Origin: Octopus vulgaris
Taxonomy: Eukaryota
Length of the DNA: 64,000 nt
NCBI GenBank assembly: GCA_951406725.2
Contig: OX597817.1
Span: 26,164,001-26,228,000, forward strand
Direction: 5' to 3'
Within the stretch, counting starts at the first letter, position 1, and every line of letters starts with the position of its first letter. Below, in pieces: positions 38,399 through 52,597 of this stretch. Position numbers and translations under genes: made by a program. The notes below the pieces were generated by a model, which searched no databases, was not told the DNA's origin, and was given only the letters and a program-made list of their open reading frames with translations.

Positions 38399-39435
38399 CT
38401 CTGTGAAGCTCAATTGAGGCCCAAAATGCAGTTTTGCTCTAGCTTCTCAGCTAGTGATGTTCCTGCAGACATAGATTTTCAAGACTGCATCCAGAAAAGA
38501 GCCACCTAACTGATGGGTATAAGGTCACTCACAGGCACACTTCAGCCTTTAAGCCCATTGGCCTTCTGTCTCTGTTTTACTGTCTTTTCTATCATCAATA
38601 TAATAACTCTTGTTCCTAAGAATTGACTGAGCTCAAATCAACTCTACACAGCTATTCCTATCCCACTCACTTTTCTGCTTTTATCACACTTATTGTGTTC
38701 AACACCTTCCCTAGGCCCTGCACTAATAATTATACACAGACTTTTTTTTCCTAGAATCTTGATCTTCTAGAATTCCCTACCTGTCTTTCCTGCAGGTGTT
38801 GATTTACACAGGTCAAGAGTAGCATTAATGGCACCAGTTTCACTTGTCTAAGAAGGCCTACATATACCATAGGAATTGCCTCTCCCTGCAGATCCGGCAA
38901 TTAAAAACAAACAAAATCTCCATTTTAAACCTAGAGATGTCTCTGTGCTTATACTCTCAATAGTAGTAAATATGGAGGAAGGAAACTTATATTTCAAGGG
39001 TTGCTGCAGTAGAAATCTTTTATATCAAGATACTGATTTGGTCTCATTTCTTGATTTTTACTGACAGCCCCCATGAAGAAGTCAATGACTTAAAACTAGG
39101 CAACAAATTAGTTCTATGTGATGTAACTCGTGAGGGAACTTATATAAATAAATACATGTACATTATCATCATCATTATTTTTGATGTCCAATTTTCCGAG
39201 GTTGTGTGGGTAGGATGAAGTTTATTGAGGTAGATTTTTTTTACAGCTGGATGCCCTTCCTGTCATTAACCTTTACCTGATTCCAATAAAGGTAGTAAGG
39301 TAATAATTTATCATGGTCAGACATGCTTTCAAGGAATATTAGAATTGAATGACATTCATTCATAGCATTACATGATGTAAAGACAGGGGGACACAAATAT
39401 ACAGACATTCACACACCCTTGCATCTATCTTATCC

Positions 39436-39580
<145 letters not shown>

Positions 39581-39604
39581 ATCCATCTACCTGTCTTTTT
39601 GTTA

Positions 39605-39834
39605 CTTTTTTATTGCCACAAGGGGCTAAACATAGAGGGGACAAACAAGGACAGACAAACGGATTAAGTCGATTACATCGACCCCAGTGTGTAACTGGTA
39701 CTTAATTTATCGACCCCGAAAGGATGAAAGGCAAAGTCAACCTCAGCAGAATTTGAACTCAGAACATAACGACAGACGAAATGCCACTAAGCATTTCACC
39801 CGGCGTGCTAACGTTTCTGCCAACTGGCCGCCTT
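39605..39834 (-). mobile_element. SINE family C
   Basis: Full-length match to 25064-25294. Confidence 0.9.
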
Positions 39835-40684
39835 CTATCTATTTGTGTGTGTGTGAGTGTGTTTGTGTGTCTGTTTATCTGTCTGTCTGTCTTGCTGTCT
39901 GTCTTGCTCTATGTCTGTCTGCCTGTCTGTCTATGTATGTATGTATGTATGTATGGGTATTATTATTAATATAGTAGGAGTAATACAAAACATGTTACAA
40001 ATATTAGCTGTTTCCACCAAAATGACGTAAAACTATATCAATAGTTCTTTCACAGATTATTTTGGTATCAATATATATTTCTTGTAATTTGCAGATTTTC
40101 TCTAACTGAAGTTAAAACGACTACCATTTTTTTTCTTCTAATTGTTTAAACATTTATTATTTCCAAATAATATTCTTCTTAAGTACACATTGTCAGTGTA
40201 TGCAAACTGATGTTTAGAAAGTTATTCTTGGATATTTGGAACATTTTCCATTGAAATGTATAAATATGGAGCTCATGATCAATTTTAACATGATTTATTT
40301 GTAAACAATGATATACGTTTTTACTCATCCTATTATGCATGTTAAGGTAAATAAAAAGTCTTGTCTATTTGACTAACAACTAGAAATACATATATTCACA
40401 TTAATATGCCCATTCACAAATGCACTGATCCTAGTTATTAGAAAATATTGGAACCAATGAAAATTACAGATAGTTAGAATAAATTCTTTATTGGATCTAG
40501 TTCAAGATTTCATGCTATAGAATTCAAATCTAACCATGGTTGAGTTTGGCTGCCTTCTGTTAATGTCAACATGGTATAAGTAGAACAGCTGAGATGTGGT
40601 TGACATATGAGTAGCAGAAATCATAAAACACCACAATATTGGCATTTTCTTATAAAGTTTTAAGTTCAAATCCTTCAAGAACTG

Positions 40685-41070
40685 ACTCTTTACTCTTTTA
40701 CTTGTTTCCCTCATTTGACTGTGGCCATGCTGGAGTAACGCCTTTAGTTGAGCAAATCGACCCCAGGACTTATTCTATGTAAGCCTAGTACTTATTCTAT
40801 CGGTCTCTTTTGCTGAACCGCTAAGTTACATCAGTTGTGAAGCGATGTTGCGGGGACAAACACAGACATATACACACATGTACATTTATACATATATACA
40901 TATATACAATGGGCTCCTTTCAGTTTCCGTCTACCAAATCCACTCACAAGGCTTTGGTCGGACCGAGGCTATAGTAGAAGACACTTGCCCAAGGTGCAAG
41001 GCAGTCGGACTGAACCAGGAACCATGTGGTTGGTAAGCAAGCTACTTACCACACAGCTGCTCCTACACCT
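40685..41070 (-). mobile_element. SINE family B
   Basis: Tail actcttttactcttttacttg and B head. Confidence 0.9.
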
Positions 41071-41568
41071 GACTGTGTACGTTTTAGTTTAGAGCTGATG
41101 AAATAGCTAGCAAGTACTTCCCATGGATGGTTCAATCAACTAAGTAATATAAATATAGTCTTGCGGCAATGTATGAAATTGGTATTCCAAGGTGAAGTCA
41201 AATGCTTACATTGGTTCACCTTTCAAAAATATTTTAAATGAGAAAAGAGCTGAGAATGTTCTAATAAAAACATACTAGAAATAACAGCCAAAATGCCTTT
41301 TAAAACATACCTATAACAAAAAAAAGAAAAGGATTATATAAAATCATAAGAAGACAAAATGATTAAAGCTGGAATACCTTTAATCATTAGTCTGTTCAAC
41401 CACGGCTGACAAAGGAGTAAAAACTAAAAGCATTCCAACACTAACACTATGCCATATTATATAGACAGAACAAGTGTAATAACGAAGGTTGTTAAGAAGT
41501 TCATTTTATGATAAAACTTTTAACATAAGAATTGTCATATAGTTAGTTGTAAACAATTCTTTACAAAT

Positions 41569-42021
41569 ATCATCATCATCATCGTCGTCGTCGTTTAACA
41601 TCCGCTTTCCATGCTAGCATGGGTTGGACGATTTGACTGAGGACCTGATAGCTGCACCAGGCTCTAATCTTGATCTGGCAGAGTTTCTACAGCTGGATGC
41701 CCTTCCTAACGCCAACCACTCCGAGAGTGTAGTGGGCGCTTTTATGTGCCACTGGCATGAGGGCCAGTCAGGCAGTACTGGCAAAGGCCATGCCCAAATG
41801 GTGTTTTTTTACGTGCCACCTGCACATGGCACAGGTGCCGGTAAGGTGACACTGGTAATGATCACAGTCGAATAGTGCTTTTTACATGCCACCGGCATGG
41901 ATGCCAGTTAGCCGCTCTGGCAACGATCACACTCGGATGGTGCTCTTAGTGCTCCACTAGTACGGATACCAGTCATCAAATTTGATTTCGATTTCACTTG
42001 CCTCAACAGGTCTTCGCAAGC
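41569..42021 (-). mobile_element. Family A, long form
   Basis: (CAT)n(CGT)n tail and internal tandem units. Confidence 0.9.
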
Positions 42022-42617
42022 ACTCCAAACTGAAACTACAGAACATTCATACATTTTTATAATGTTTCTGTTGTTGATATAATAAATCTAAATAATGGCT
42101 TTAATTAGAAATAATAAATCTAAATAATGGTTTTAATTTGTGGCAGAAAACCAATAATTTAAAATGGTAAGTATTAGTAAATAACATTGACTCCCATCGT
42201 TCAACTGGTACTAATTTTATTGATCCTGAAAGGGGGCAGACAAAGTCAACTGAATTTGAAGGTAGAGCATAAAGAACTGGAAGGAATGCCACTAAGTGTT
42301 TTGTCCAATGTCCTAACAATTCTACCAGCTCATCTTCTTGATAAATCTTAATAATAAAAGTCACTGGTTACAATTGACGTATACATTACAAACCATGTAG
42401 TGTTTAGTTCAGATTTCAAAATTGGCTGCATTAAACTTTAACTTACACCTGATTGTTTTTTTAAAATAAACAAGTTGTTGCCGTTAAATACCAGACTAGC
42501 CCTAGTCATGCAGGTCCATGACATTCTAGCCATGACAAACCCATCTAGTGCTTCTTTTTGAAAAAGAAATCTTTCTTGATTCAATAAAGCCTTACATTTT
42601 TGAAAAAGAATATGGCC

Positions 42618-42905
42618 TACCACTCCGAAAGTGTACTGGGCGCTTTTATGTGCCACCGGCATGAGGGCCAGTCAGGCGGTACTGGCAAAGGCCATGCCCA
42701 AATGGTGTTTTTTTACGTGTCACCAGCACACGGCACAGGTGCCAGTAAGGTGACACTGGTAATGATCACAGTCAAATAGTGTTTTTTACATGCCACCGGC
42801 ATGGACGCCAGTTAGCCGCTCTGGCAACAATCACACTCGGATGGTGCTCTTAGTGCTCCACTAGCACAGATACCAGTCATTGAATTTGATTTAGATTTCA
42901 CTTAA
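42618..42905 (-). mobile_element. Partial local duplicate of the 41.7-42.0 kb family A copy
   Basis: Shares variants not seen in other copies here (ggcgctttt, aaaggccatgccca, aatagtg) with 41717-42000. Confidence 0.8.
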
Positions 42906-42955
42906 TAAGCTCTCAATTATGAGGTTTTGGGTTTGATTTCTGGTCTGGTAGGCAA

Positions 42956-43180
42956 GTTTTGTTCTTAGCCAAAGCACTTTACTACTTATTACTCCAACCT
43001 ACACAGGTGGCAAAAGTTAGTATCAAAACTGATCAAGCATTCATCCAGCATTTGATTGTGTGATAGAGTTTTGTTCTTAGCCTTAACTTTACTACTTATT
43101 ACTCCAACCTACACAGGTGGTAAAAGTTAGTATCAAAACTGATCGAACATTCACTCAGCATTTGAAAGCATGATAGAGTT
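42956..43180 (+). repeat. Tandem duplication of a ~112-bp unit
   Basis: gttttgttcttagcc...actccaacctacacaggtgg...tgatagagtt occurs twice. Confidence 0.9.
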
Positions 43181-44826
43181 AACAAACCAGCAGTACAACC
43201 AAAGACCTTCAGGCACGAAGCGGGACATGACTGAAAGTGGATTGCTATATCTTATCTTTACTCTTTTCCTACCCTTACATATCTAAGAGACTAAGTTGTA
43301 AAATGTAAGCAATGAGCAGTAATCTGGTTAATATTTCCAACAGAACAAGTGAGCACGTAAATATTCCCTAGGTGATTTCAAATAAGCTTAAGTAATATAT
43401 TAAAGCAACTCAAGTCATTTCCGATTGCAGCATTCTTCCAAAGTAAACTTTTCAGAAAAAGCTTAAGAAAGAAATGCTCAACACTTCTAAATCATTTAAT
43501 TCTTATCTCAAACTTTGGAGTTTGTAACTTTTATAAATTACTACCCATTTGTAAAATTTTATTGTTTTATCAGACACGTATATACAAATGCATGCACACA
43601 CATTTATACACAAACATATGGATACTGGCACAAATTTCCCATTAACAATATATGTGTGTGTGTGTGAGTATATGAGTATGTGAGTGATAGACAGTGTGTG
43701 TGTATGAGAGAGAGAGTGTGTGTGTATGTGTGTGTGTGCACGTGTGTGTGCATGTGTGTTTGTGTTCATACAATATACATGTTTTCATACAAATCAATTT
43801 TATTTTGCTGCTGGTGTTCCTCTTGTTATCTTTTCTAGCAGTTTTAATATTCTTTGAAAATGAGGAAATGTACTGCATTAAAACACCAAGATATGAATGA
43901 AGCTAAAACAAAAAGGTTGTTGTTGTAATGAAATTTAACTTAAATCATATTTGATCCTGAGAATAAAATTTAGAAGAAGAAAATTAATAAATGTAGTATA
44001 AAAAAAAAATATAAAAGTAAGCACAAAAATAAACACTTCAAAACTATGACCAGTTGAACAATACTTGATATAAAATGGATGTTAGCTTTGCTACCATAAT
44101 TCTATACTCCATTACAGTCACTTTATAGATTTGGAAAATTTATAAAGATTTTCCACTTCCTGTAAGGAGATTTTCATTGAAAAGTCTTCCGTTCGGAAGC
44201 GGAAATTTGAATAAACCAAGCAAATCAATAATTGAGTGTACAAGTGTGTAAAATTGTGGCTACAAAGTTATTTCCTTTTCGTAAAGAATTCGTTTTCGAA
44301 ATATTCTCCTATTTCCTTATTTCATAATAATAAGAAAGTGAAAATAATAACAAGAAGTAAGTAAAAAAAAAAAAAAAAAAAAAAAAAATCAGCAAAAATA
44401 TATAAAAAAAAAAGAAGCAAGAAGCAGTTCCAAGAACCTTAAGCTATTTATCTGTGTTATGTTAGAGAAATAAGTATTGCAACGATTCAGTAAGAGTCAC
44501 TCACAGATACACACCTGAAAGTATAAAGCAATATAAAACATAAGCATACACACATATATACACCCACACATGAATACACACAGACCCGTATGTGTGTATG
44601 TGTGTGTGTGTGTGTAAAATATATAAAACACATATTCACAATTGTTTTCATATACTTCTCAAAGGGATCACACAGGTGTAAACTGGATGTTTTACAAAGC
44701 TACACCGGTCCATATGACAATAGATAATGTGTGTGTGTGTTTCTGTGCAACATCACAATTAGCAGAAGTTTGCTTACAGAAAAGAATATAGATGCACAAA
44801 ATCACACATGCATTTATATATATGTA

Positions 44827-45225
44827 CTAGCAGTAACGCCCGGTGTTGCTTGGGTTTGTAAGGGAAATAACTATATAAGCATTTTTAGAGAGTTATAGCC
44901 AAAAAAAAAAGCAAATAAATGCATTAAAAATGGAAAAAAAATGATGGTAAATTTTTTTTTAAATCGTTGACTCATCGTAGACATTTTTAGAGAGTTACTT
45001 CCCTTATATAATAGCGAAATAATGCATTAAAATGGGAAAAAATGATGGTAAATATTTTTTAAATCGTAGACTCATCGTAGATGCGTGCTAATACCCAGAA
45101 GGGCTCGATATGAATCACGACTATAAGATACCTGGTTTTGGTTAAACTGCACCGCAAAATGTGGGAGTAGTTAGGAATCTAAATCGTAGGAGACAGACAC
45201 ACAAATTCTCTTTTATATATAAAGA
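44827..45225 (-). mobile_element. Non-autonomous Helitron with internal tandem duplication
   Basis: Minus strand: A|TCtttatatataaaag...cccaagcaacaccggg-cgttactgCTAG|T; internal repeat atttttagagagtta...gactcatcgtaga occurs twice. Confidence 0.85.
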
Positions 45226-45334
45226 TATAAACAGATAGGTAAAATAGCCTTATTAGAATGAGAGGAATGAAGCACACATTTGAACGATATGAGAGGTTAC
45301 AACAGAAGCAAAAATCTAAAAGGTGGTGGACAAA

Positions 45335-45722
45335 ATCATCATCATCATCATCATCGTTTAACATCTGTTTTCCATGCTGGCATGGGTTGGACGGTTTGAC
45401 TGAGGTCTGGAGAGCCAGCAGCTGCACCAGGCTCTAATCTGATCTGGCAATGTTTCTACAGCTGGATGTCCTTCCTAAAGCCAACCACTCCAAGCATGTA
45501 GTGGGTGCTTTTTATGTGCCACCAGCACAGAAGCCAGTCAGGCGGGCTTGGCATCGATCACATTTGGATACAGCTTTTTATGTGCCACCAGCATGGGAGC
45601 CAGCCAGTGGGTACTGGCATCAGAAACATTTGGAAGGTGCTTTTTACATGCTTCCCACATGGGGGCCAGTCAGGCTGTCCTGGCATCTATCACATTCGGA
45701 TAGTGCTTTTTACGTGCCACTT
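45335..45722 (-). mobile_element. Family A, long form
   Basis: (CAT)n tail plus four internal units. Confidence 0.85.
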
Positions 45723-45799
45723 GGCTGAAGATCCCCTCCGCTTAACTTCTTGGACACATCACACATCAATACATCTCATGCACACAAACACGCACACAC

Positions 45800-45852
<53 letters not shown>

Positions 45853-46258
45853 GTGTGTGCCTGTGCATGTATTTGTGTCACTGTCATACAAGTGGTATCA
45901 TCATTTCCAATATCTTATAAGAATATGTCTAGTATTCAGAAATTGTATGTTCACTGGAAACAGATTAGGATTAGCAACAGGAAGAGTATCCAGTCATAGA
46001 TAGTTTGCCTCAATAAATTTAATTCGACCCATGAATGTATGGAGAAATGGATGTTAAAGTGATTATGGATAAAGATGACATGTTTATACTAGTTTGATAT
46101 GCCTGAAATGTGTTATTTCTATAAGTTTAGTATTCCAACTCATTTCATATCTGAAAACAATTTTATTGTTTATCTACAACACTTTCTGAAATGTACCCTT
46201 ATCCAGTGTATCTCTATATTGCACCAAATATGCACCATATAATGCTGCAATCCTAAAC

Positions 46259-46373
<115 letters not shown>

Positions 46374-47032
46374 CATACATAGTCCCTTTACCTGTTGCCA
46401 GCAATTCCTAACACTCATTTAATTTCTGAGGCAAATTGCAGCTGATTTTTATTTTTTAATTGTTTCATTGAAATGCTTCTCATTCTGTCAAAATATAGCT
46501 TTGGATTGCCAATTTTTATTGTAATTGCCTAGCTCCAGGTCAGCTGCCATGATCAAATGAATTCTGCACATAAATTACCCGCTACATTTTTAGGGAAATC
46601 TAATATGGTTTTTCTTTCCTTTTATGATGATAGGCTGTGATTTCAAGTATGTTGAACAAATCCATAGTGAGCAGTCTTTGTGCATGCATATAAATTTTAT
46701 TTGTCTCATTAGACTGAAAATAAGCTGGTGACAACCAATTAGAAAACCTTTGTCTCTTATATGCACAGGATGGATTAATTTCTACAGATGGATTAGAGGC
46801 ATGAAACTCGATATTATATCAAAATATAGCTCTTAACACTGTCTCATCAATAACATTAAAGGTCAGCAAACTAATGAAAAATCCTCTATGTGGTCATATG
46901 TTCTACTAAAACTAACCATAAAATCTTCAAATCTCATGCCCTGCAATAGAGTTCCTCAACTTTTACAATTCCAAACCATTAAAAGATGGTTCAATATGTC
47001 TCTATATTTCCTGCACCAGTTTGTGAAAATTA

Positions 47033-47598
47033 TTGGGGTGTCCGGAAAGTTCGTGCTGATTTTTAAAGGAAAGAAAAAGGTCAATAAATACTTGCCATTA
47101 CATTTTTAATCAACCAAATATGAACCATTTTGTAGCACAATGCATCTCCATCTTTCCTTTAACTTGAAAATACCCACTTCCCAGAATTGAGGTGGTTTCA
47201 TGGCAAACAATTCATCAAGGTATCTTTTTATGTCATCCAAGGAATTGAAATTTTTACAATTAAGATTATTCTGCTGAGACTTGAATAAGTGGAAATCTGA
47301 AGGAGCAATATCTGGTAAATATGGAGGGTGGGGTAACACATCCCAGCCGAGCTGCAGCAATTTTTGTCTGGTTCCCAAAGCATCAAGTGCTGAAAATGAA
47401 CTTTCTTATCTTCCATTTTAAAGGGTTACAGAATTAACACAGGTTATAGGAACATAAACCTTCTTCCACGACAAGATAGCTTAAACTGTGCTCTAAATGG
47501 AGGTGTAGTCAAATTCTATTTTATAGACTCAACCATGTTCTAAAATAAGTCGAAAGGTAAGCTACTATAAATCGGCATGAACTTTCCGGAAAACCCAA
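47033..47598 (-). mobile_element. Internally deleted mariner, copy 2
   Basis: TA TSDs at 47031-47032 and 47599-47600; TIRs; HPPYLPDIAPSDFHLF remnant. Confidence 0.95.
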
Positions 47599-48533
47599 TA
47601 TCATCATCCCCATCAGTCATATATGGTGCCAATATGACTTCAAATGGTGTTACTAGCATGATTTTACTTAATATATAAGGGAGTTGGAAATAAGCCATAC
47701 AAATGTTATATTTATATATAGAAAATGAAACTACAGATCAAGCCTTCCTATACTCGCTAGGGCTAAGAATAACTCTTGTTAAGAACTTCTTTACCTTTAA
47801 AGCAAGCAATTAAATTATATAGTCTTACATATATTTTATAAATAAACACAAGATGATCATGATGGGAATGCTATTTATCTCACAGACCTGTTTGAACTGA
47901 GCTGAGCCAGGGCTAAATTACAATGACAAAATTCTGTATCAACATTTGATTCTATGATTCATGCATTGTAATCTTACACATTTCTTCAATATTTCCCAAT
48001 GAGAAGCTCTATAAATGAAGTATTAGTCCAATTACATACAGGCCAAAGGAAAATGATGTCTCTACTGAAGACCATTCAGATCAGCAATACATATTTATAA
48101 AACACTTAAGAGTTGCAAAAGTCTCTGATTCTTGAGACTTTGAACTGTATCCCATTTGAAATTTTACAATTAATTTACATTAGACTGCTAAGAGTCCATT
48201 AACATTGTCATAAGCACACTACAATATTTATTATTAGAACAGTTTACACAAGTGACCAACACTATCTATAAGTCAACGAGAAGTAGTGATCACTAGTTCT
48301 AAAAACAGTAGCAAAAGTTCTATGAAATCACATTCTGCTACCTTTAAAATAGAAAGATGCATAGAGTAATCTATTCTAGAAATAAAATAATGAGATGGTC
48401 ACAGCTGGCAAAATTTTGATCATAGGTCTTACTCAATTAAAGTAGAATTCAACAAAAAGAACAACTCATCCCAATACTGTACATTAATATTAAACGTCCA
48501 ACACATACATAAACAAAAGCACACAAACACCAT

Positions 48534-48570
<37 letters not shown>

Positions 48571-49288
48571 AACACACACTAATTTTCTAATGTAACCAAC
48601 ACTAATTCACTAGCATGACCTATACTAACCTACACCCAAGGTTAATGCTGTCGACAAGTGCCTCCCGAGATGTCAAAGCCGTGGAAGTTTCCTGCGTTGT
48701 TGATTTCAATACATTATCAGTTAGTCCGCGCTGACCTCTCTAATTATGCCGTCACATTGCATCTCATGCACACAACAGATTAATCATGAGCAATAGCTGC
48801 AACAGTTGTCAGAAGATAAGAAACCTCTCCGAACAGTAGCAGTAGGGGAAGAAGTAGCGGATGATGGTGAAGGCGTGAGCTATGACAAGGAGAGCAGACC
48901 AGAGGAATTACAATTTTTCAGTGTCAGAAATACAATTAAGAAGCATTAGTTTGTTAATTTATTGCTCAAACAACTGAGTTGTTGATACATCGGAGATCTT
49001 CATTGCTAATTCAACATAAATATTAATGACTGGGTGTCGCTGCTGCAAGTGCTGCTGCTGTTGTTGCCATTCGAAAAATATAATTAATATGATAATGATG
49101 ATGATGATGTCAGCAATACTGAGAACACTTGGTAATGATCATGGTGGTGATAATAGTGATTGGAGGGTACGTTTCCAATAATGATAATTTAATCACAACA
49201 GTGATTACCGACGATTGCAGTGCTGGTGTGGGTGTTGCTAGGGTTGATGTCGAGGACGGCAGTGGCAGTGGCAGTAACTGTGAGGTTC

Positions 49289-49549
49289 ATGGTAGTGGTG
49301 GTGATGGTGGTGTTGGTGGTGGTGGTGGTGGTGGTGGTGGTGGTGGTGGTGGTGGTGGTGGTGGTGGTGGTGGTGGTGGTGGTGGTGGTGGTGGTGGTGG
49401 TGATGGTGGTGGTGGTGGTGGTGGTGGTGGTGGTGGTGGTGGTGGTGGTGGTGGTGGTGGTGGTGGTGGTGGTGGTGGTGGTGGTGGTGGTGGTGGTGGT
49501 GTTGTTGTTGGTGGTGGTGGTGGTGGTGGTGGTGTTGGTGGTGGTGGTT
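49289..49549. repeat. Long (GGT)n trinucleotide repeat followed by (GAT)n(GAG)n(CAT)n
   Basis: About 260 bp of near-pure GGT. Confidence 0.97.
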
Positions 49550-50121
49550 GTGATGATGATGATGATGATGAGGAGGAGGAGGAGGATTACGACCATCATC
49601 ATCATCCTCATCATCATCAACATCATGAGAATGGAGAGGACACAGTGATACCGAAAATTAGGATGGTGATGATGGGAACAAATTTTAGCACATAACAATA
49701 ATGATGACAAAAATGATAATAATGAAAATATTTTTGCAGATGTTATTTTTTTGTTTTTTGTTTTTTTCATTTGAAACTTGCCAAAAATGCTGATTCTTCC
49801 CAAGAGGTATCAAATACTGTAGAACTACAGCATGAATAGCTTCGATAATGATTGAGTGGATACACTCAGAGTGACCAATTTGGAACATTTGCTGCTCTAA
49901 AACAGATAATGACATTTGTTTATGCGAAAACCATTCATTATATAGAAATTTGCCGTGTTCCTCCTTTCTAACTATAATTCTACAATTCCAACAGAAAAAG
50001 AACTGACCAGTATTGTGGCTCAAAGCAAAATCAAAATGCTTTTTAAATTCTTATTATTACCCTCATTGTATTACTGGTGATGAGTGACATAAATGAGTAG
50101 CAATTTGGATGAAAAATCTAC

Positions 50122-50558
50122 ATCGAGTGTGATCGTTACCAGTGTCGCCTTACTGGCATTTGTGCTGGTGCTAGTACAGTGCTAAGAGCACCATCTGAGT
50201 GTGATCGTTGCCAGAGCGGCTAACTGGCTTCCATGCCAGTGGCACGTAAAAGACACCGTTCGAGCGTGATCGTTACCAGCGTCGCCTTACTGGCACCTGT
50301 GCCGGTGGCATGTGTAAAAAGATTCGAGCAAGGTCGTTGCCAGTGCTGCCCAACTGGTCCCCATGCCATTGGCATGTAAAAAGCACTCACTACACTCTCG
50401 GAGTGGTTGGCATTAGGAAGGGCATCCAGCTGTAGAAACTCTGCCAGATCAAGATTGGAGTCTGGTGCAGCCATCTGGTTCACCAACTATCAGTCAAAAT
50501 CGTCCAACCCATGCTAGCATGGAAAGCAGACATTAAACAATTATGATGATGATGATGA
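50122..50558 (+). mobile_element. Family A, long form
   Basis: Internal units, ggaagggcatccagctgtagaaac and (GAT)n tail. Confidence 0.9.
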
Positions 50559-50811
50559 AATCTGTTTTATATTCTAAATCCATCAGTGATGTACTGGATC
50601 GATTTAATGGATTATTTTCCTGTATCAGAAATTGTTGCTATATTTGTGGTTATTCGGTGGTTTCAGACAAAATTTTCACTATTCTATATTTAAGAGATGA
50701 GGAATTATGTACATTATTTACATTACTTACATTTGACGAATACTTGTCCTCATCTTGTTTGTTACCCACGGGCATATGACATAGTGGTTAATTCTAGGCA
50801 GTGACCTAAAC

Positions 50812-50858
<47 letters not shown>

Positions 50859-50947
50859 GGCACACAGAGCTGCGCTCGGTAGTGAAGTGAAAGCACGCTA
50901 TAAAAATAAAACTACTGAATAATAATAATAACAATAATAATAATTAT

Positions 50948-50989
<42 letters not shown>

Positions 50990-50990
<1 letters not shown>

Positions 50991-51136
50991 TAAAAAATAC
51001 CTTAGGAACGGGAACCCAGGTTTGAAATTTCCCCCAAGACACCTGATGAAGGCTGGAGGGTATATCAGCTGAAACATTGTGTTAACAATAAACAAGATGA
51101 GGACAAATATGTCAAATGTAAATAATGTAAATAAAG
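50990..51136 (+). mobile_element. Penelope-terminus-like repeat P4 with HHR at 51038-51083
   Basis: gacac-CTGATGA-a-ggctg(gagggtatat)cagct-GAAA-ca-TT-gtgtt; inverted partial copy at 50695-50770; second copy at 54810-54947. Confidence 0.7.
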
Positions 51137-52419
51137 TTTTCACTGAAATGCAAAGAACACACACACATTGGTTGTTATTCTGGTATGTTGATTTTTGTTC
51201 ATTCGTTATAAATCTTGAATTATGCTTGCACTGATGATTAAAAAGTGCATTACTGCGCTAATTATGAAATCATATGATTTGCAGCTGAATTCTGTTTTAA
51301 ATGGCTTGCTTCGAGAGTTGCATTCCCTCACATTCGGTACGATGTGTTTATTTATTTTGGTAGTTTTGACTTTAAGAGTCTCTCCTTGCATGTGGCATTT
51401 ATGTATAGTAATGCCTTCCATATAATACGATATATACATATATATATATATATGTTCATATAGGTATATATGTGTGTGAGTGAGTGTGTACATACATGAT
51501 AATGATGATGATATAGATATGTATATGTAAGATATTTTGGGTTCAATTTTATTATTATTATTATTTAGTTTAGGAATAAAGGAAAACGCTAATGATGTAC
51601 AACTTTTGTTTTACATTTTCTGTTTTCTTATTTTTTTCCTTTATATTTCAGTATAATAAACACACATTAATGCAATTATTATGTTTCCAGTCGGTTGTTA
51701 TTGTTTTTAAATTTTCAAAGATATTTTTGTCACATTAATAAGAGCCTGTTTAGAATATCTAAGCTTATCATCTTTTAGATCTTATCATATCCTTTATGAA
51801 AAGAAAAAGATGAAAAAGAAAAACGATTAGAGAAAAAGAAACCACCTCAAGAGAATTTTACAAATTATATTTTTGCGCAAGTGACTGACAATAAACATGT
51901 TTATATAAACATCTCAGACTTTGGACTTGTTACATTGGAAGTTTCCAGTACTTTAGTCAATGCCATTAAGTACAGAAATTAAATTCAGATCATTGTCTCA
52001 CGATTGAAACAGACTCTCCTCAAACAAATTCTTCCATTCGTTTTGTACGTAGCTCTTAGAGTGGATCGGGAGTAAAATATAAAATTAGATTTTTGCCATA
52101 GTCTTCTTGTTCAAGAACATCAATGAGGCAAAGTGTATTAAATCACTATACTCAGATAACAAACTTGGCTTTCAGGAAGCTTAATTTTTACTCTTTATTA
52201 TTTAGATAAAATTCATCTGTTGCAGAGACTGAAATCGCAAAGGCACCCACTAAATGACGACTACTGAAAGCAAGCCAGTATGTGAATGCTTATATAGATG
52301 GTAGAAGATTACATATATACTACTCGGATATCCTAGCACTGCTTTACAAACCTATTTTCTTTTGTATGCATTATATATAACATTATGTACGATATATTAT
52401 ATATATATATATATATATA

Positions 52420-52597
52420 ATTGAAATTTACAGAAAAACAAAAGACGAAGGCAGGTGTATGAACAACAAGCAGGTGTATTAGTTTGATGCTTGGTAAAGT
52501 GAGAAAGTCTTTTACGTTTTGAGTTTACGTTATTCAACAGAAAGAAATAAGGGAAAATAAACAGAGAAACAATAAAAAACTTGTGGATTTAGTGACT
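52420..52597 (-). mobile_element. Repeat P1, third copy, HHR-like core at 52508-52545
   Basis: Minus strand: tcttt-CTGTTGA-a-taac-gtaa-actc-AAAA-cg-TA-aaaga. Confidence 0.6.

Noticed and set aside
49129-49803. Longest ORFs in the track (poly-Gly, poly-Val, poly-Thr)
   Set aside because: Length is due to (GGT)n; no recognisable domain
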